DNA from: Paramoeba atlantica
Taxonomy: Eukaryota; Protista; Discosea
Reading direction: 5' to 3'
Assembly (NCBI GenBank): GCA_977017575.1
Contig: CDRNVI010000010.1
Coordinates: 1-64,000, forward strand
DNA length: 64,000 nt
Part shown: positions 9,087 through 22,655 of the stretch, one piece after another
Numbering within the stretch: position 1 is the first letter of the stretch
Layout of the letters: each line of letters starts with the position of its first letter
Program-made: the position numbers and the translations under genes
The notes under the pieces: generated by a model
Told to the model about the DNA's origin: nothing
Databases searched by the model: none
The model's input: only the letters and a program-made list of their open reading frames with translations

Positions 9087-9845
9087 TCAAAGGGGATTTG
9101 TGGAAATTAATGTCTTTTTTGAAGCCTCATCTTGAAACCAAAGAAACTCAGCATTAAATTTCACAAGAAACCTTTTCAACACAGTAAAATTTGAAGAAAG
9201 GAGCAAATCAAAGGTTTTCTCACCCCTTACCAGCTGATAAAGGTCGCTCATCGCAACTTCTTCCCCCATGATCTGGCTAACAGAAAATTTTAAGAGATCA
9301 CTATACTCTTTTCCTCGTGTAAATCCAAAATTGGGCTTTTTTGAACTTGAATGCAAAACTATCCACCTGCAAAGGTCTTTCCCAAGGTATTGGTAAAATG
9401 GGTTGCCTGCATTTTTAACCATTCTCTGAAACTTCAAAACATTAAAAAGGTATTTCTGATCAATCTGGTTCCTCACGTAGTCGTATGAAAGGGCCCCAGA
9501 TGAAGGATTAACAAAATTGTCTTGAAAAAGACCAAGAACATCTCTACATACACTTTCTGCTTCCTTCTTTAAAAGATTGTGAAACGTGATGCTCAACATG
9601 CTCGCACAAGTAAAGTTAACGGCTCCACCCTCCGGGTCTAACACGAATTGGTCCCCGCTCGACGTGGAAATTCCTATGGGTTGAGAAAGAGAAGAAAACA
9701 GGATTACGGAGGATCGTTGGAGATGTTTTGGCGTGAAGCATAACTTCTGTTTGAAAATATCGCTTTCCTCGATTTCAACATCTGGCACCCCATCCACAAA
9801 TACCTTGCATGAGGGAGGGCTGGAAACTTGAAGCCCGAAATTCAT
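9087..9845 (-). CDS. Hypothetical 252-aa protein (copy 3)
   Basis: Same translation as copy 1. Confidence 0.55.
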   Translation of the reverse strand: MNFGLQVSSPPSCKVFVDGVPDVEIEESDIFKQKLCFTPKHLQRSSVILFSSLSQPIGISTSSGDQFVLDPEGGAVNFTCASMLSITFHNLLKKEAESVCRDVLGLFQDNFVNPSSGALSYDYVRNQIDQKYLFNVLKFQRMVKNAGNPFYQYLGKDLCRWIVLHSSSKKPNFGFTRGKEYSDLLKFSVSQIMGEEVAMSDLYQLVRGEKTFDLLLSSNFTVLKRFLVKFNAEFLWFQDEASKKTLISTNPL

Positions 9846-10781
9846 CAATTTGTTATTTTAAAAAAGTAGCGGACTGAGTAAATATTTTTGAAAATATCAA
9901 AAAAGATGAGTTCAAGATTTGAAACCCACTTCACACTGGAGGGTCCCCTGGCAAGGTGTATCTCGTGAGTTCTCGAGCAAAACGAAACTCAGTTATCGCA
10001 TGTGAAGCCGGGTAGCGCTAATTCAAGCATTTGAGTGGCAGGTTCTTTGTCCGCTCATGGTGGGGCTTTGGGCGATATCTTAATTATTATATTGCGGTGG
10101 TTGTATAACTACCACTCTACCCTCGATTATTGAAAAAAGAGTGAACAAAAACAGTGAAAATATAAAGAGGAACACAGGGGGGCATACCGCACGATTTTTT
10201 TTTTTGAAATTTTTTTTTCGAAAAAAACCCGCAGAAGGGGTAGCCGGGGTTGGCGCTTATTTTCCGCCCCCTACCCGGGGGTGGCCCCCCCTCGTATCCG
10301 CAGGACGGGTCCGCCAAGTTCGGATGTTTTTGAAAAAAAATTCAACTTGGCGAAAAAACTGGCAAAGAAAATATTTTTTCAATATTCTTTCCCCTGTTGT
10401 ATTTTGATAGTTCGGGGCCTATACTAGCTTTCTCGGCCTTTGGTTTCTCAAGGTATCTCTTCTTCGAGCCGTGGTGCGCCACTCAAAATGACCCATTTTC
10501 GACTGAAATAGGTGAAAAAGTATTTTTCGGACCTCAAGGGGTCTTTTTGGGTCGGAAGAATGGTGTGGTTGGGGTCCAATCCAATATCCAATCCAAAAGA
10601 CCGACGTAAAGTCGGTTGAAAAACTTAATGTTTACACCTTGAAAGCTTTCATCTATCGCTTCCACGTTCAGAGTTTATATGTGTCTGATACGGTACAAAC
10701 AAACAATATTTTTCCGATAACCTATGAATAATCCTCAAGGCATTCTAAGTTGGCAAAGAAATAATTCCATCAATTCTCTCC

Positions 10782-11276
10782 CTACTTAGACGGTTTCCTA
10801 TTACCTCCAGCTCTCGCAACCTTCCCTCGAAATACCCCTTCCGCCTCAGCTTTGCGCTTCGATGATGGAATGTCTCGTGCTTGCTTATTTCCAAGGGACT
10901 TCCTTTTGAGTAAGGCTTTCAAAGACCATGACGGTTGTGAATTCTCACTATCCTCCGAGTTAGCAGTTGTTTTTCTCCTTTTTTGGGTCGGAGCCCGTGC
11001 CACTTTTCGTGATGCCAAAAGTGCTAGACCATCTGCCTCCTCATTCCATTTGTTTCCAATGTGCGCCTTTACCTTGCACAAATATATATTATACGAATGG
11101 AATTTTAGTAACCTGAGCTTTGCGTCCACATCATACATTAGGTCGCCATTCTTGGGGTTGGGGTCGCATTCTTTACCCAATACGTTCGGCAGGCTTTCAT
11201 TCATGCCTACGAGTGATTTCCCACGAGCAAATATCGGATTTCGTGAATGAAAACAAATACACAAAAATGACCCCAT
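10782..11276 (-). CDS. RNase H-like 164-aa ORF (copy 3)
   Basis: Identical translation. Confidence 0.65.
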   Translation of the reverse strand: MGSFLCICFHSRNPIFARGKSLVGMNESLPNVLGKECDPNPKNGDLMYDVDAKLRLLKFHSYNIYLCKVKAHIGNKWNEEADGLALLASRKVARAPTQKRRKTTANSEDSENSQPSWSLKALLKRKSLGNKQARDIPSSKRKAEAEGVFRGKVARAGGNRKPSK

Positions 11277-11378
11277 TTTTACCCGAAAATCGGCTATTTT
11301 TGGCTATAATATTTCAATTTAGGCTTTTCGTTAAACGCGGTAGTAGAGTTGCAAACCAGCTTTCAGGACTCTGGGGAA

Positions 11379-11409
<31 letters not shown>

Positions 11410-13052
11410 AAGAAGAAGAAGAAGAAGAAGAAGAAGAAGAAGAAGAAGAAGAAGAAGAAGAAGAAGAAAAGACACCGAGGGCTCTGCACCGTTAGGGTAG
11501 AGTCTCAAGCCACCGACCTTCATTGTCTTGCTTCCCCCTTCCAAGACGGCACTCGAAGCCTTGCGGCCCGAGCACGGGTACCCAACCGTAGCTACCAGGA
11601 CGGGCGTCCAACCCCGTTGCATCGTGTAGGCTGTGTCTCATGCCTCGTTTGCGTAAGAAGCATGAATTTTCGGCGGCTGCGCTGGAGCCTGGTTCGGCTC
11701 TGCGGTTCCGGGTCGTTCCTCCAGAGGGAGGCCTTCTTCCTAGCGGACTTTTTCCGAGCGGTGGCGTAGCAGCAAGAATTCAAAGTTTCAAGCACGTGGT
11801 GCTCAGACGGCGAGTTCAAACCCGCTCATCGAAATATTCCTGGCGGCCTCCCTCTAAGAGGCTGGGCTAATAACCGACTAGGCCCAGTACTCGGAGGACC
11901 GTCCCGGACCCTCCCCTCAGGGAACGAGCTCCCTTACCCGGCTTACACCTCTTGGGTAAGCCGTGTTGACGTACAGTTCGTCGACGCAGCGTGTTGGTAA
12001 CAGCACGTTGGTGCCGCCTTGGAAAAGCGGAAACTGATAGAGGACGTCGGCCTCGGAACTTCCAAATCTTTCTGTGAAGGGTCTGGCTTGCCAGTGGCCA
12101 TCCGGAGCAATCCGGAATGATTGATTTGGGGTTGGGTGTGGGACTTGAAGGCACTCCTGGTCGCTTTCCCTTTGTAGTGAGGCCGGCAGGTTGCGAGTTT
12201 TGTCGATATCGGGAATATAACCCCCAACCTGCAGGTTGTAAGGCCCACCGTCTCCAACTACAATTACACCGCTTTCCTCTGTAGAAGCTACCCAAATAAA
12301 GGCCAGACCCCTCGGCCCGGCTTAAATCTCTGCTTTAAGATTGGCAGAACCTCGTTGAGACACTAAAGATTCAACTAGATCCTACACAAGCACTTGTCGA
12401 AGTAACTTCCCTACATTGGAAAGCATCATTTAGTCGAGCAACCTTCTTCCTTCTTCCTTCAGGGATCAAAGTTTCGAACCCGCTCATCGCATAATTCCCG
12501 GCGGCCTCGATCTAAGAGGCTGGGCTGAGAATCGACTAGGCCCAGTACTCTGACGGCCGCCAGGGGCGCTCCCATCAGGGAACCGGTTCTCTTCTCTTCT
12601 TCTTCTTTTTGGATTGGATTCTTCTTCCCCTCCTCCCATCAGGGAGCCGGCCCCCTTACCCGGTTTAAGCCTCTTGGGTGGGCCGCGTTGTCATACAAGT
12701 CGTCGAAGCAGCGTGTTGGTAACATAACGTTGGTGCCGCCTTGGAAAAGCGAAAACTGGTAGAGGACGTCGGCCTTGGAACTTCCAAATCTGTCTGTGAA
12801 GGGTCTTGGTAGCATTGGGGCTGATAAATGTTTATGCGTTTATTGGTGGTAGAGGGGGGCGGCTATGCGAAAACAAAAATAAAAGGCGTTAAAAGAGACG
12901 TTTTGCATCAATGAGGAGAAATTCTTGAGAATTATTTTTGATGATGGTGGCTCTGGGGGTTTGTTATGTACAAAATTGTTTATGATTAAGTGCTCTAGTA
13001 GGGTCCTTCGCATCTTTTTGAAATGTCTACAAAAGTAGGGAAACTTTAAGAA

Positions 13053-13811
13053 TCAAAGGGGATTTGTGGAAATTAATGTCTTTTTTGAAGCCTCATCTTG
13101 AAACCAAAGAAACTCAGCATTAAATTTCACAAGAAACCTTTTCAACACAGTAAAATTTGAAGAAAGGAGCAAATCAAAGGTTTTCTCACCCCTTACCAGC
13201 TGATAAAGGTCGCTCATCGCAACTTCTTCCCCCATGATCTGGCTAACAGAAAATTTTAAGAGATCACTATACTCTTTTCCTCGTGTAAATCCAAAATTGG
13301 GCTTTTTTGAACTTGAATGCAAAACTATCCACCTGCAAAGGTCTTTCCCAAGGTATTGGTAAAATGGGTTGCCTGCATTTTTAACCATTCTCTGAAACTT
13401 CAAAACATTAAAAAGGTATTTCTGATCAATCTGGTTCCTCACGTAGTCGTATGAAAGGGCCCCAGATGAAGGATTAACAAAATTGTCTTGAAAAAGACCA
13501 AGAACATCTCTACATACACTTTCTGCTTCCTTCTTTAAAAGATTGTGAAACGTGATGCTCAACATGCTCGCACAAGTAAAGTTAACGGCTCCACCCTCCG
13601 GGTCTAACACGAATTGGTCCCCGCTCGACGTGGAAATTCCTATGGGTTGAGAAAGAGAAGAAAACAGGATTACGGAGGATCGTTGGAGATGTTTTGGCGT
13701 GACGCATAACTTCTGTTTGAAAATATCGCTTTCCTCGATTTCAACATCTGGCACCCCATCCACAAATACCTTGCATGAGGGAGGGCTGGAAACTTGAAGC
13801 CCGAAATTCAT
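13053..13811 (-). CDS. Hypothetical 252-aa protein (copy 4, F>V variant)
   Basis: KLCVTPK instead of KLCFTPK. Confidence 0.55.
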   Translation of the reverse strand: MNFGLQVSSPPSCKVFVDGVPDVEIEESDIFKQKLCVTPKHLQRSSVILFSSLSQPIGISTSSGDQFVLDPEGGAVNFTCASMLSITFHNLLKKEAESVCRDVLGLFQDNFVNPSSGALSYDYVRNQIDQKYLFNVLKFQRMVKNAGNPFYQYLGKDLCRWIVLHSSSKKPNFGFTRGKEYSDLLKFSVSQIMGEEVAMSDLYQLVRGEKTFDLLLSSNFTVLKRFLVKFNAEFLWFQDEASKKTLISTNPL

Positions 13812-14747
13812 CAATTTGTTATTTTAAAAAAGTAGCGGACTGAGTAAATATTTTTGAAAATATCAAAAAAGATGAGTTCAAGATTTGAAACCCACTTCAC
13901 ACTGGAGGGTCCCCTGGCAAGGTGTATCTCGTGAGTTCTCGAGCAAAACGAAACTCAGTTATCGCATGTGAAGCCGGGTAGCGCTAATTCAAGCATTTGA
14001 GTGGCAGGTTCTTTGTCCGCTCATGGTGGGGCTTTGGGCGATATCTTAATTATTATATTGCGGTGGTTGTATAACTACCACTCTACCCTCGATTATTGAA
14101 AAAAGAGTGAACAAAAACAGTGAAAATATAAAGAGGAACACAGGGGGGCATACCGCACGATTTTTTTTTTTGAAATTTTTTTTTCGAAAAAAACCCGCAG
14201 AAGGGGTAGCCGGGGTTGGCGCTTATTTTCCGCCCCCTACCCGGGGGTGGCCCCCCCTCGTATCCGCAGGACGGGTCCGCCAAGTTCGGATGTTTTTGAA
14301 AAAAAATTCAACTTGGCGAAAAAACTGGCAAAGAAAATATTTTTTCAATATTCTTTCCCCTGTTGTATTTTGATAGTTCGGGGCCTATACTAGCTTTCTC
14401 GGCCTTTGGTTTCTCAAGGTATCTCTTCTTCGAGCCGTGGTGCGCCACTCAAAATGACCCATTTTCGACTGAAATAGGTGAAAAAGTATTTTTCGGACCT
14501 CAAGGGGTCTTTTTGGGTCGGAAGAATGGTGTGGTTGGGGTCCAATCCAATATCCAATCCAAAAGACCGACGTAAAGTCGGTTGAAAAACTTAATGTTTA
14601 CACCTTGAAAGCTTTCATCTATCGCTTCCACGTTCAGAGTTTATATGTGTCTGATACGGTACAAACAAACAATATTTTTCCGATAACCTATGAATAATCC
14701 TCAAGGCATTCTAAGTTGGCAAAGAAATAATTCCATCAATTCTCTCC

Positions 14748-15242
14748 CTACTTAGACGGTTTCCTATTACCTCCAGCTCTCGCAACCTTCCCTCGAAATA
14801 CCCCTTCCGCCTCAGCTTTGCGCTTCGATGATGGAATGTCTCGTGCTTGCTTATTTCCAAGGGACTTCCTTTTGAGTAAGGCTTTCAAAGACCATGACGG
14901 TTGTGAATTCTCACTATCCTCCGAGTTAGCAGTTGTTTTTCTCCTTTTTTGGGTCGGAGCCCGTGCCACTTTTCGTGATGCCAAAAGTGCTAGACCATCT
15001 GCCTCCTCATTCCATTTGTTTCCAATGTGCGCCTTTACCTTGCACAAATATATATTATACGAATGGAATTTTAGTAACCTGAGCTTTGCGTCCACATCAT
15101 ACATTAGGTCGCCATTCTTGGGGTTGGGGTCGCATTCTTTACCCAATACGTTCGGCAGGCTTTCATTCATGCCTACGAGTGATTTCCCACGAGCAAATAT
15201 CGGATTTCGTGAATGAAAACAAATACACAAAAATGACCCCAT
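14748..15242 (-). CDS. RNase H-like 164-aa ORF (copy 4)
   Basis: Identical translation. Confidence 0.65.
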   Translation of the reverse strand: MGSFLCICFHSRNPIFARGKSLVGMNESLPNVLGKECDPNPKNGDLMYDVDAKLRLLKFHSYNIYLCKVKAHIGNKWNEEADGLALLASRKVARAPTQKRRKTTANSEDSENSQPSWSLKALLKRKSLGNKQARDIPSSKRKAEAEGVFRGKVARAGGNRKPSK

Positions 15243-15344
15243 TTTTACCCGAAAATCGGCTATTTTTGGCTATAATATTTCAATTTAGGCTTTTCGTTAA
15301 ACGCGGTAGTAGAGTTGCAAACCAGCTTTCAGGACTCTGGGGAA

Positions 15345-15375
<31 letters not shown>

Positions 15376-16994
15376 AAGAAGAAGAAGAAGAAGAAGAAGA
15401 AGAAGAAGAAAAGACACCGAGGGCTCTGCACCGTTAGGGTAGAGTCTCAAGCCACCGACCTTCATTGTCTTGCTTCCCCCTTCCAAGACGGCACTCGAAG
15501 CCTTGCGGCCCGAGCACGGGTACCCAACCGTAGCTACCAGGACGGGCGTCCAACCCCGTTGCATCGTGTAGGCTGTGTCTCATGCCTCGTTTGCGTAAGA
15601 AGCATGAATTTTCGGCGGCTGCGCTGGAGCCTGGTTCGGCTCTGCGGTTCCGGGTCGTTCCTCCAGAGGGAGGCCTTCTTCCTAGCGGACTTTTTCCGAG
15701 CGGTGGCGTAGCAGCAAGAATTCAAAGTTTCAAGCACGTGGTGCTCAGACGGCGAGTTCAAACCCGCTCATCGAAATATTCCTGGCGGCCTCCCTCTAAG
15801 AGGCTGGGCTAATAACCGACTAGGCCCAGTACTCGGAGGACCGTCCCGGACCCTCCCCTCAGGGAACGAGCTCCCTTACCCGGCTTACACCTCTTGGGTA
15901 AGCCGTGTTGACGTACAGTTCGTCGACGCAGCGTGTTGGTAACAGCACGTTGGTGCCGCCTTGGAAAAGCGGAAACTGATAGAGGACGTCGGCCTCGGAA
16001 CTTCCAAATCTTTCTGTGAAGGGTCTGGCTTGCCAGTGGCCATCCGGAGCAATCCGGAATGATTGATTTGGGGTTGGGTGTGGGACTTGAAGGCACTCCT
16101 GGTCGCTTTCCCTTTGTAGTGAGGCCGGCAGGTTGCGAGTTTTGTCGATATCGGGAATATAACCCCCAACCTGCAGGTTGTAAGGCCCACCGTCTCCAAC
16201 TACAATTACACCGCTTTCCTCTGTAGAAGCTACCCAAATAAAGGCCAGACCCCTCGGCCCGGCTTAAATCTCTGCTTTAAGATTGGCAGAACCTCGTTGA
16301 GACACTAAAGATTCAACTAGATCCTACACAAGCACTTGTCGAAGTAACTTCCCTACATTGGAAAGCATCATTTAGTCGAGCAACCTTCTTCCTTCTTCCT
16401 TCAGGGATCAAAGTTTCGAACCCGCTCATCGCATAATTCCCGGCGGCCTCGATCTAAGAGGCTGGGCTGAGAATCGACTAGGCCCAGTACTCTGACGGCC
16501 GCCAGGGGCGCTCCCATCAGGGAACCGGTTCTCTTCTCTTCTTCTTCTTTTTGGATTGGATTCTTCTTCCCCTCCTCCCATCAGGGAGCCGGCCCCCTTA
16601 CCCGGTTTAAGCCTCTTGGGTGGGCCGCGTTGTCATACAAGTCGTCGAAGCAGCGTGTTGGTAACATAACGTTGGTGCCGCCTTGGAAAAGCGAAAACTG
16701 GTAGAGGACGTCGGCCTTGGAACTTCCAAATCTGTCTGTGAAGGGTCTTGGTAGCATTGGGGCTGATAAATGTTTATGCGTTTATTGGTGGTAGAGGGGG
16801 GCGGCTATGCGAAAACAAAAATAAAAGGCGTTAAAAGAGACGTTTTGCATCAATGAGGAGAAATTCTTGAGAATTATTTTTGATGATGGTGGCTCTGGGG
16901 GTTTGTTATGTACAAAATTGTTTATGATTAAGTGCTCTAGTAGGGTCCTTCGCATCTTTTTGAAATGTCTACAAAAGTAGGGAAACTTTAAGAA

Positions 16995-17753
16995 TCAAAG
17001 GGGATTTGTGGAAATTAATGTCTTTTTTGAAGCCTCATCTTGAAACCAAAGAAACTCAGCATTAAATTTCACAAGAAACCTTTTCAACACAGTAAAATTT
17101 GAAGAAAGGAGCAAATCAAAGGTTTTCTCACCCCTTACCAGCTGATAAAGGTCGCTCATCGCAACTTCTTCCCCCATGATCTGGCTAACAGAAAATTTTA
17201 AGAGATCACTATACTCTTTTCCTCGTGTAAATCCAAAATTGGGCTTTTTTGAACTTGAATGCAAAACTATCCACCTGCAAAGGTCTTTCCCAAGGTATTG
17301 GTAAAATGGGTTGCCTGCATTTTTAACCATTCTCTGAAACTTCAAAACATTAAAAAGGTATTTCTGATCAATCTGGTTCCTCACGTAGTCGTATGAAAGG
17401 GCCCCAGATGAAGGATTAACAAAATTGTCTTGAAAAAGACCAAGAACATCTCTACATACACTTTCTGCTTCCTTCTTTAAAAGATTGTGAAACGTGATGC
17501 TCAACATGCTCGCACAAGTAAAGTTAACGGCTCCACCCTCCGGGTCTAACACGAATTGGTCCCCGCTCGACGTGGAAATTCCTATGGGTTGAGAAAGAGA
17601 AGAAAACAGGATTACGGAGGATCGTTGGAGATGTTTTGGCGTGAAGCATAACTTCTGTTTGAAAATATCGCTTTCCTCGATTTCAACATCTGGCACCCCA
17701 TCCACAAATACCTTGCATGAGGGAGGGCTGGAAACTTGAAGCCCGAAATTCAT
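16995..17753 (-). CDS. Hypothetical 252-aa protein (copy 5)
   Basis: Same translation as copy 1. Confidence 0.55.
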   Translation of the reverse strand: MNFGLQVSSPPSCKVFVDGVPDVEIEESDIFKQKLCFTPKHLQRSSVILFSSLSQPIGISTSSGDQFVLDPEGGAVNFTCASMLSITFHNLLKKEAESVCRDVLGLFQDNFVNPSSGALSYDYVRNQIDQKYLFNVLKFQRMVKNAGNPFYQYLGKDLCRWIVLHSSSKKPNFGFTRGKEYSDLLKFSVSQIMGEEVAMSDLYQLVRGEKTFDLLLSSNFTVLKRFLVKFNAEFLWFQDEASKKTLISTNPL

Positions 17754-18689
17754 CAATTTGTTATTTTAAAAAAGTAGCGGACTGAGTAAATATTTTTGAA
17801 AATATCAAAAAAGATGAGTTCAAGATTTGAAACCCACTTCACACTGGAGGGTCCCCTGGCAAGGTGTATCTCGTGAGTTCTCGAGCAAAACGAAACTCAG
17901 TTATCGCATGTGAAGCCGGGTAGCGCTAATTCAAGCATTTGAGTGGCAGGTTCTTTGTCCGCTCATGGTGGGGCTTTGGGCGATATCTTAATTATTATAT
18001 TGCGGTGGTTGTATAACTACCGCTCTACCCTCGATTATTGAAAAAAGAGTGAACAAAAACAGTGAAAATATAAAGAGGAACACAGGGGGGCATACCGCAC
18101 GATTTTTTTTTTTGAAATTTTTTTTTCGAAAAAAACCCGCAGAAGGGGTAGCCGGGGTTGGCGCTTATTTTCCGCCCCCTACCCGGGGGTGGCCCCCCCT
18201 CGTATCCGCAGGACGGGTCCGCCAAGTTCGGATGTTTTTGAAAAAAAATTCAACTTGGCGAAAAAACTGGGAAAGAAAATATTTTTTCAATATTCTTTCC
18301 CCTGTTGTATTTTGATAGTTCGGGGCCTATACTAGCTTTCTCGGCCTTTGGTTTCTCAAGGTATCTCTTCTTCGAGCCGTGGTGCGCCACTCAAAATGAC
18401 CCATTTTCGACTGAAATAGGTGAAAAAGTATTTTTCGGACCTCAAGGGGTCTTTTTGGGTCGGAAGAATGGTGTGGTTGGGGTCCAATCCAATATCCAAT
18501 CCAAAAGACCGACGTAAAGTCGGTTGAAAAACTTAATGTTTACACCTTGAAAGCTTTCATCTATCGCTTCCACGTTCAGAGTTTATATGTGTCTGATACG
18601 GTACAAACAAACAATATTTTTCCGATAACCTATGAATAATCCTCAAGGCATTCTAAGTTGGCAAAGAAATAATTCCATCAATTCTCTCC

Positions 18690-19184
18690 CTACTTAGACG
18701 GTTTCCTATTACCTCCAGCTCTCGCAACCTTCCCTCGAAATACCCCTTCCGCCTCAGCTTTGCGCTTCGATGATGGAATGTCTCGTGCTTGCTTATTTCC
18801 AAGGGACTTCCTTTTGAGTAAGGCTTTCAAAGACCATGACGGTTGTGAATTCTCACTATCCTCCGAGTTAGCAGTTGTTTTTCTCCTTTTTTGGGTCGGA
18901 GCCCGTGCCACTTTTCGTGATGCCAAAAGTGCTAGACCATCTGCCTCCTCATTCCATTTGTTTCCAATGTGCGCCTTTACCTTGCACAAATATATATTAT
19001 ACGAATGGAATTTTAGTAACCTGAGCTTTGCGTCCACATCATACATTAGGTCGCCATTCTTGGGGTTGGGGTCGCATTCTTTACCCAATACGTTCGGCAG
19101 GCTTTCATTCATGCCTACGAGTGATTTCCCACGAGCAAATATCGGATTTCGTGAATGAAAACAAATACACAAAAATGACCCCAT
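18690..19184 (-). CDS. RNase H-like 164-aa ORF (copy 5)
   Basis: Identical translation. Confidence 0.65.
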   Translation of the reverse strand: MGSFLCICFHSRNPIFARGKSLVGMNESLPNVLGKECDPNPKNGDLMYDVDAKLRLLKFHSYNIYLCKVKAHIGNKWNEEADGLALLASRKVARAPTQKRRKTTANSEDSENSQPSWSLKALLKRKSLGNKQARDIPSSKRKAEAEGVFRGKVARAGGNRKPSK

Positions 19185-19292
19185 TTTTACCCGAAAATCG
19201 GCTATTTTTGGCTATAATATTTCAATTTAGGCTTTTCGTTAAACGCGGTAGTAGAGTTGCAAACCAGCTTTCAGGACTCTGGGGAATAAGAA

Positions 19293-19323
<31 letters not shown>

Positions 19324-20960
19324 AAGAAGAAGAAGAAGAAGAAGAAGAAGAAGAAGAAGAAGAAGAAGAAGAAGAAAAGACACCGAGGGCTCTGCACCGT
19401 TAGGGTAGAGTCTCAAGCCACCGACCTTCATTGTCTTGCTGCCCCCTTCAAAGACGGCACTCGAAGCCTTGCGGCCCGAGCACGGGTACCCAACCGTAGC
19501 TACCAGGACGGGCGTCCAACCCCGTTGCATCGTGTAGGCTGTGTCTCATGCCTCGTTTGCGTAAGCAGCATGAATTTTCGGCGGCTGCGCTGGAGCCTGG
19601 TTCGGCTCTGCGGTTCCGGGTCGTTCCTCCAGAGGGAGGCCTTCTTCCTAGCGGACTTTTTCCGAGCGGTGGCGTAGCAGCAAGAATTCAAAGTTTCAAG
19701 CACGTGGTGCTCAGACGGCGAGTTCAAACCCGCTCATCGAAATATTCCTGGCGGCCTCCCTCTAAGAGGCTGGGCTAATAACCGACTAGGCCCAGTACTC
19801 GGAGGACCGTCCCGGACCCTCCCCTCAGGGAACGAGCTCCCTTACCCGGCTTACACCTCTTGGGTAAGCCGTGTTGACGTACAGTTCGTCGACGCAGCGT
19901 GTTGGTAACAGCACGTTGGTGCCGCCTTGGAAAAGCGGAAACTGATAGAGGACGTCGGCCTCGGAACTTCCAAATCTTTCTGTGAAGGGTCTGGCTTGCC
20001 AGTGGCCATCCGGAGCAATCCGGAATGATTGATTTGGGGTTGGGTGTGGGACTTGAAGGCACTCCTGGTCGCTTTCCCTTTGTAGTGAGGCCGGCAGGTT
20101 GCGAGTTTTGTCGATATCGGGAATATAACCCCCAACCTGCAGGTTGTAAGGCCCACCGTCTCCAACTACAATTACACCGCTTTCCTCTGTAGAAGCTACC
20201 CAAATAAAGGCCAGACCCCTCGGCCCGGCTTAAATCTCTGCTTTAAGATTGGCAGAACCTCGTTGAGACACTAAAGATTCAACTAGATCCTACACAAGCA
20301 CTTGTCGAAGTAACTTCCCTACATTGGAAAGCATCATTTAGTCGAGCAACCTTCTTCCTTCTTCCTTCAGGGATCAAAGTTTCGAACCCGCTCATCGCAT
20401 AATTCCCGGCGGCCTCGATCTAAGAGGCTGGGCTGAGAATCGACTAGGCCCAGTACTCTGACGGCCGCCAGGGGCGCTCCCATCAGGGAACCGGTTCTCT
20501 TCTCTTCTTCTTCTTTTTGGATTGGATTCTTCTTCCCCTCCTCCCATCAGGGAGCCGGCCCCCTTACCCGGTTTAAGCCTCTTGGGTGGGCCGCGTTGTC
20601 ATACAAGTCGTCGAAGCAGCGTGTTGGTAACATAACGTTGGTGCCGCCTTGGAAAAGCGAAAACTGGTAGAGGACGTCGGCCTTGGAACTTCCAAATCTG
20701 TCTGTGAAGGGTCTTGGTAGCATTGGGGCTGATAAATGTTTATGCGTTTATTGGTGGTAGAGGGGGGCGGCTATGCGAAAACAAAAATAAAAGGCGTTAA
20801 AAGAGACGTTTTGCATCAATGAGGAGAAATTCTTGAGAATTATTTTTGATGATGGTGGCTCTGGGGGTTTGTTATGTACAAAATTGTTTATGATTAAGTG
20901 CTCTAGTAGGGTCCTTCGCATCTTTTTGAAATGTCTACAAAAGTAGGGAAACTTTAAGAA

Positions 20961-21719
20961 TCAAAGGGGATTTGTGGAAATTAATGTCTTTTTTGAAGCC
21001 TCATCTTGAAACCAAAGAAACTCAGCATTAAATTTCACAAGAAACCTTTTCAACACAGTAAAATTTGAAGAAAGGAGCAAATCAAAGGTTTTCTCACCCC
21101 TTACCAGCTGATAAAGGTCGCTCATCGCAACTTCTTCCCCCATGATCTGGCTAACAGAAAATTTTAAGAGATCACTATACTCTTTTCCTCGTGTAAATCC
21201 AAAATTGGGCTTTTTTGAACTTGAATGCAAAACTATCCACCTGCAAAGGTCTTTCCCAAGGTATTGGTAAAATGGGTTGCCTGCATTTTTAACCATTCTC
21301 TGAAACTTCAAAACATTAAAAAGGTATTTCTGATCAATCTGGTTCCTCACGTAGTCGTATGAAAGGGCCCCAGATGAAGGATTAACAAAATTGTCTTGAA
21401 AAAGACCAAGAACATCTCTACATACACTTTCTGCTTCCTTCTTTAAAAGATTGTGAAACGTGATGCTCAACATGCTCGCACAAGTAAAGTTAACGGCTCC
21501 ACCCTCCGGGTCTAACACGAATTGGTCCCCGCTCGACGTGGAAATTCCTATGGGTTGAGAAAGAGAAGAAAACAGGATTACGGAGGATCGTTGGAGATGT
21601 TTTGGCGTGACGCATAACTTCTGTTTGAAAATATCGCTTTCCTCGATTTCAACATCTGGCACCCCATCCACAAATACCTTGCATGAGGGAGGGCTGGAAA
21701 CTTGAAGCCCGAAATTCAT
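20961..21719 (-). CDS. Hypothetical 252-aa protein (copy 6, F>V variant)
   Basis: KLCVTPK variant. Confidence 0.55.
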   Translation of the reverse strand: MNFGLQVSSPPSCKVFVDGVPDVEIEESDIFKQKLCVTPKHLQRSSVILFSSLSQPIGISTSSGDQFVLDPEGGAVNFTCASMLSITFHNLLKKEAESVCRDVLGLFQDNFVNPSSGALSYDYVRNQIDQKYLFNVLKFQRMVKNAGNPFYQYLGKDLCRWIVLHSSSKKPNFGFTRGKEYSDLLKFSVSQIMGEEVAMSDLYQLVRGEKTFDLLLSSNFTVLKRFLVKFNAEFLWFQDEASKKTLISTNPL

Positions 21720-22655
21720 CAATTTGTTATTTTAAAAAAGTAGCGGACTGAGTAAATATTTTTGAAAATATCAAAAAAGATGAGTTCAAGATTTGAAACC
21801 CACTTCACACTGGAGGGTCCCCTGGCAAGGTGTATCTCGTGAGTTCTCGAGCAAAACGAAACTCAGTTATCGCATGTGAAGCCGGGTAGCGCTAATTCAA
21901 GCATTTGAGTGGCAGGTTCTTTGTCCGCTCATGGTGGGGCTTTGGGCGATATCTTAATTATTATATTGCGGTGGTTGTATAACTACCACTCTACCCTCGA
22001 TTATTGAAAAAAGAGTGAACAAAAACAGTGAAAATATAAAGAGGAACACAGGGGGGCATACCGCACGATTTTTTTTTTTGAAATTTTTTTTTCGAAAAAA
22101 ACCCGCAGAAGGGGTAGCCGGGGTTGGCGCTTATTTTCCGCCCCCTACCCGGGGGTGGCCCCCCCTCGTATCCGCAGGACGGGTCCGCCAAGTTCGGATG
22201 TTTTTGAAAAAAAATTCAACTTGGCGAAAAAACTGGCAAAGAAAATATTTTTTCAATATTCTTTCCCCTGTTGTATTTTGATAGTTCGGGGCCTATACTA
22301 GCTTTCTCGGCCTTTGGTTTCTCAAGGTATCTCTTCTTCGAGCCGTGGTGCGCCACTCAAAATGACCCATTTTCGACTGAAATAGGTGAAAAAGTATTTT
22401 TCGGACCTCAAGGGGTCTTTTTGGGTCGGAAGAATGGTGTGGTTGGGGTCCAATCCAATATCCAATCCAAAAGACCGACGTAAAGTCGGTTGAAAAACTT
22501 AATGTTTACACCTTGAAAGCTTTCATCTATCGCTTCCACGTTCAGAGTTTATATGTGTCTGATACGGTACAAACAAACAATATTTTTCCGATAACCTATG
22601 AATAATCCTCAAGGCATTCTAAGTTGGCAAAGAAATAATTCCATCAATTCTCTCC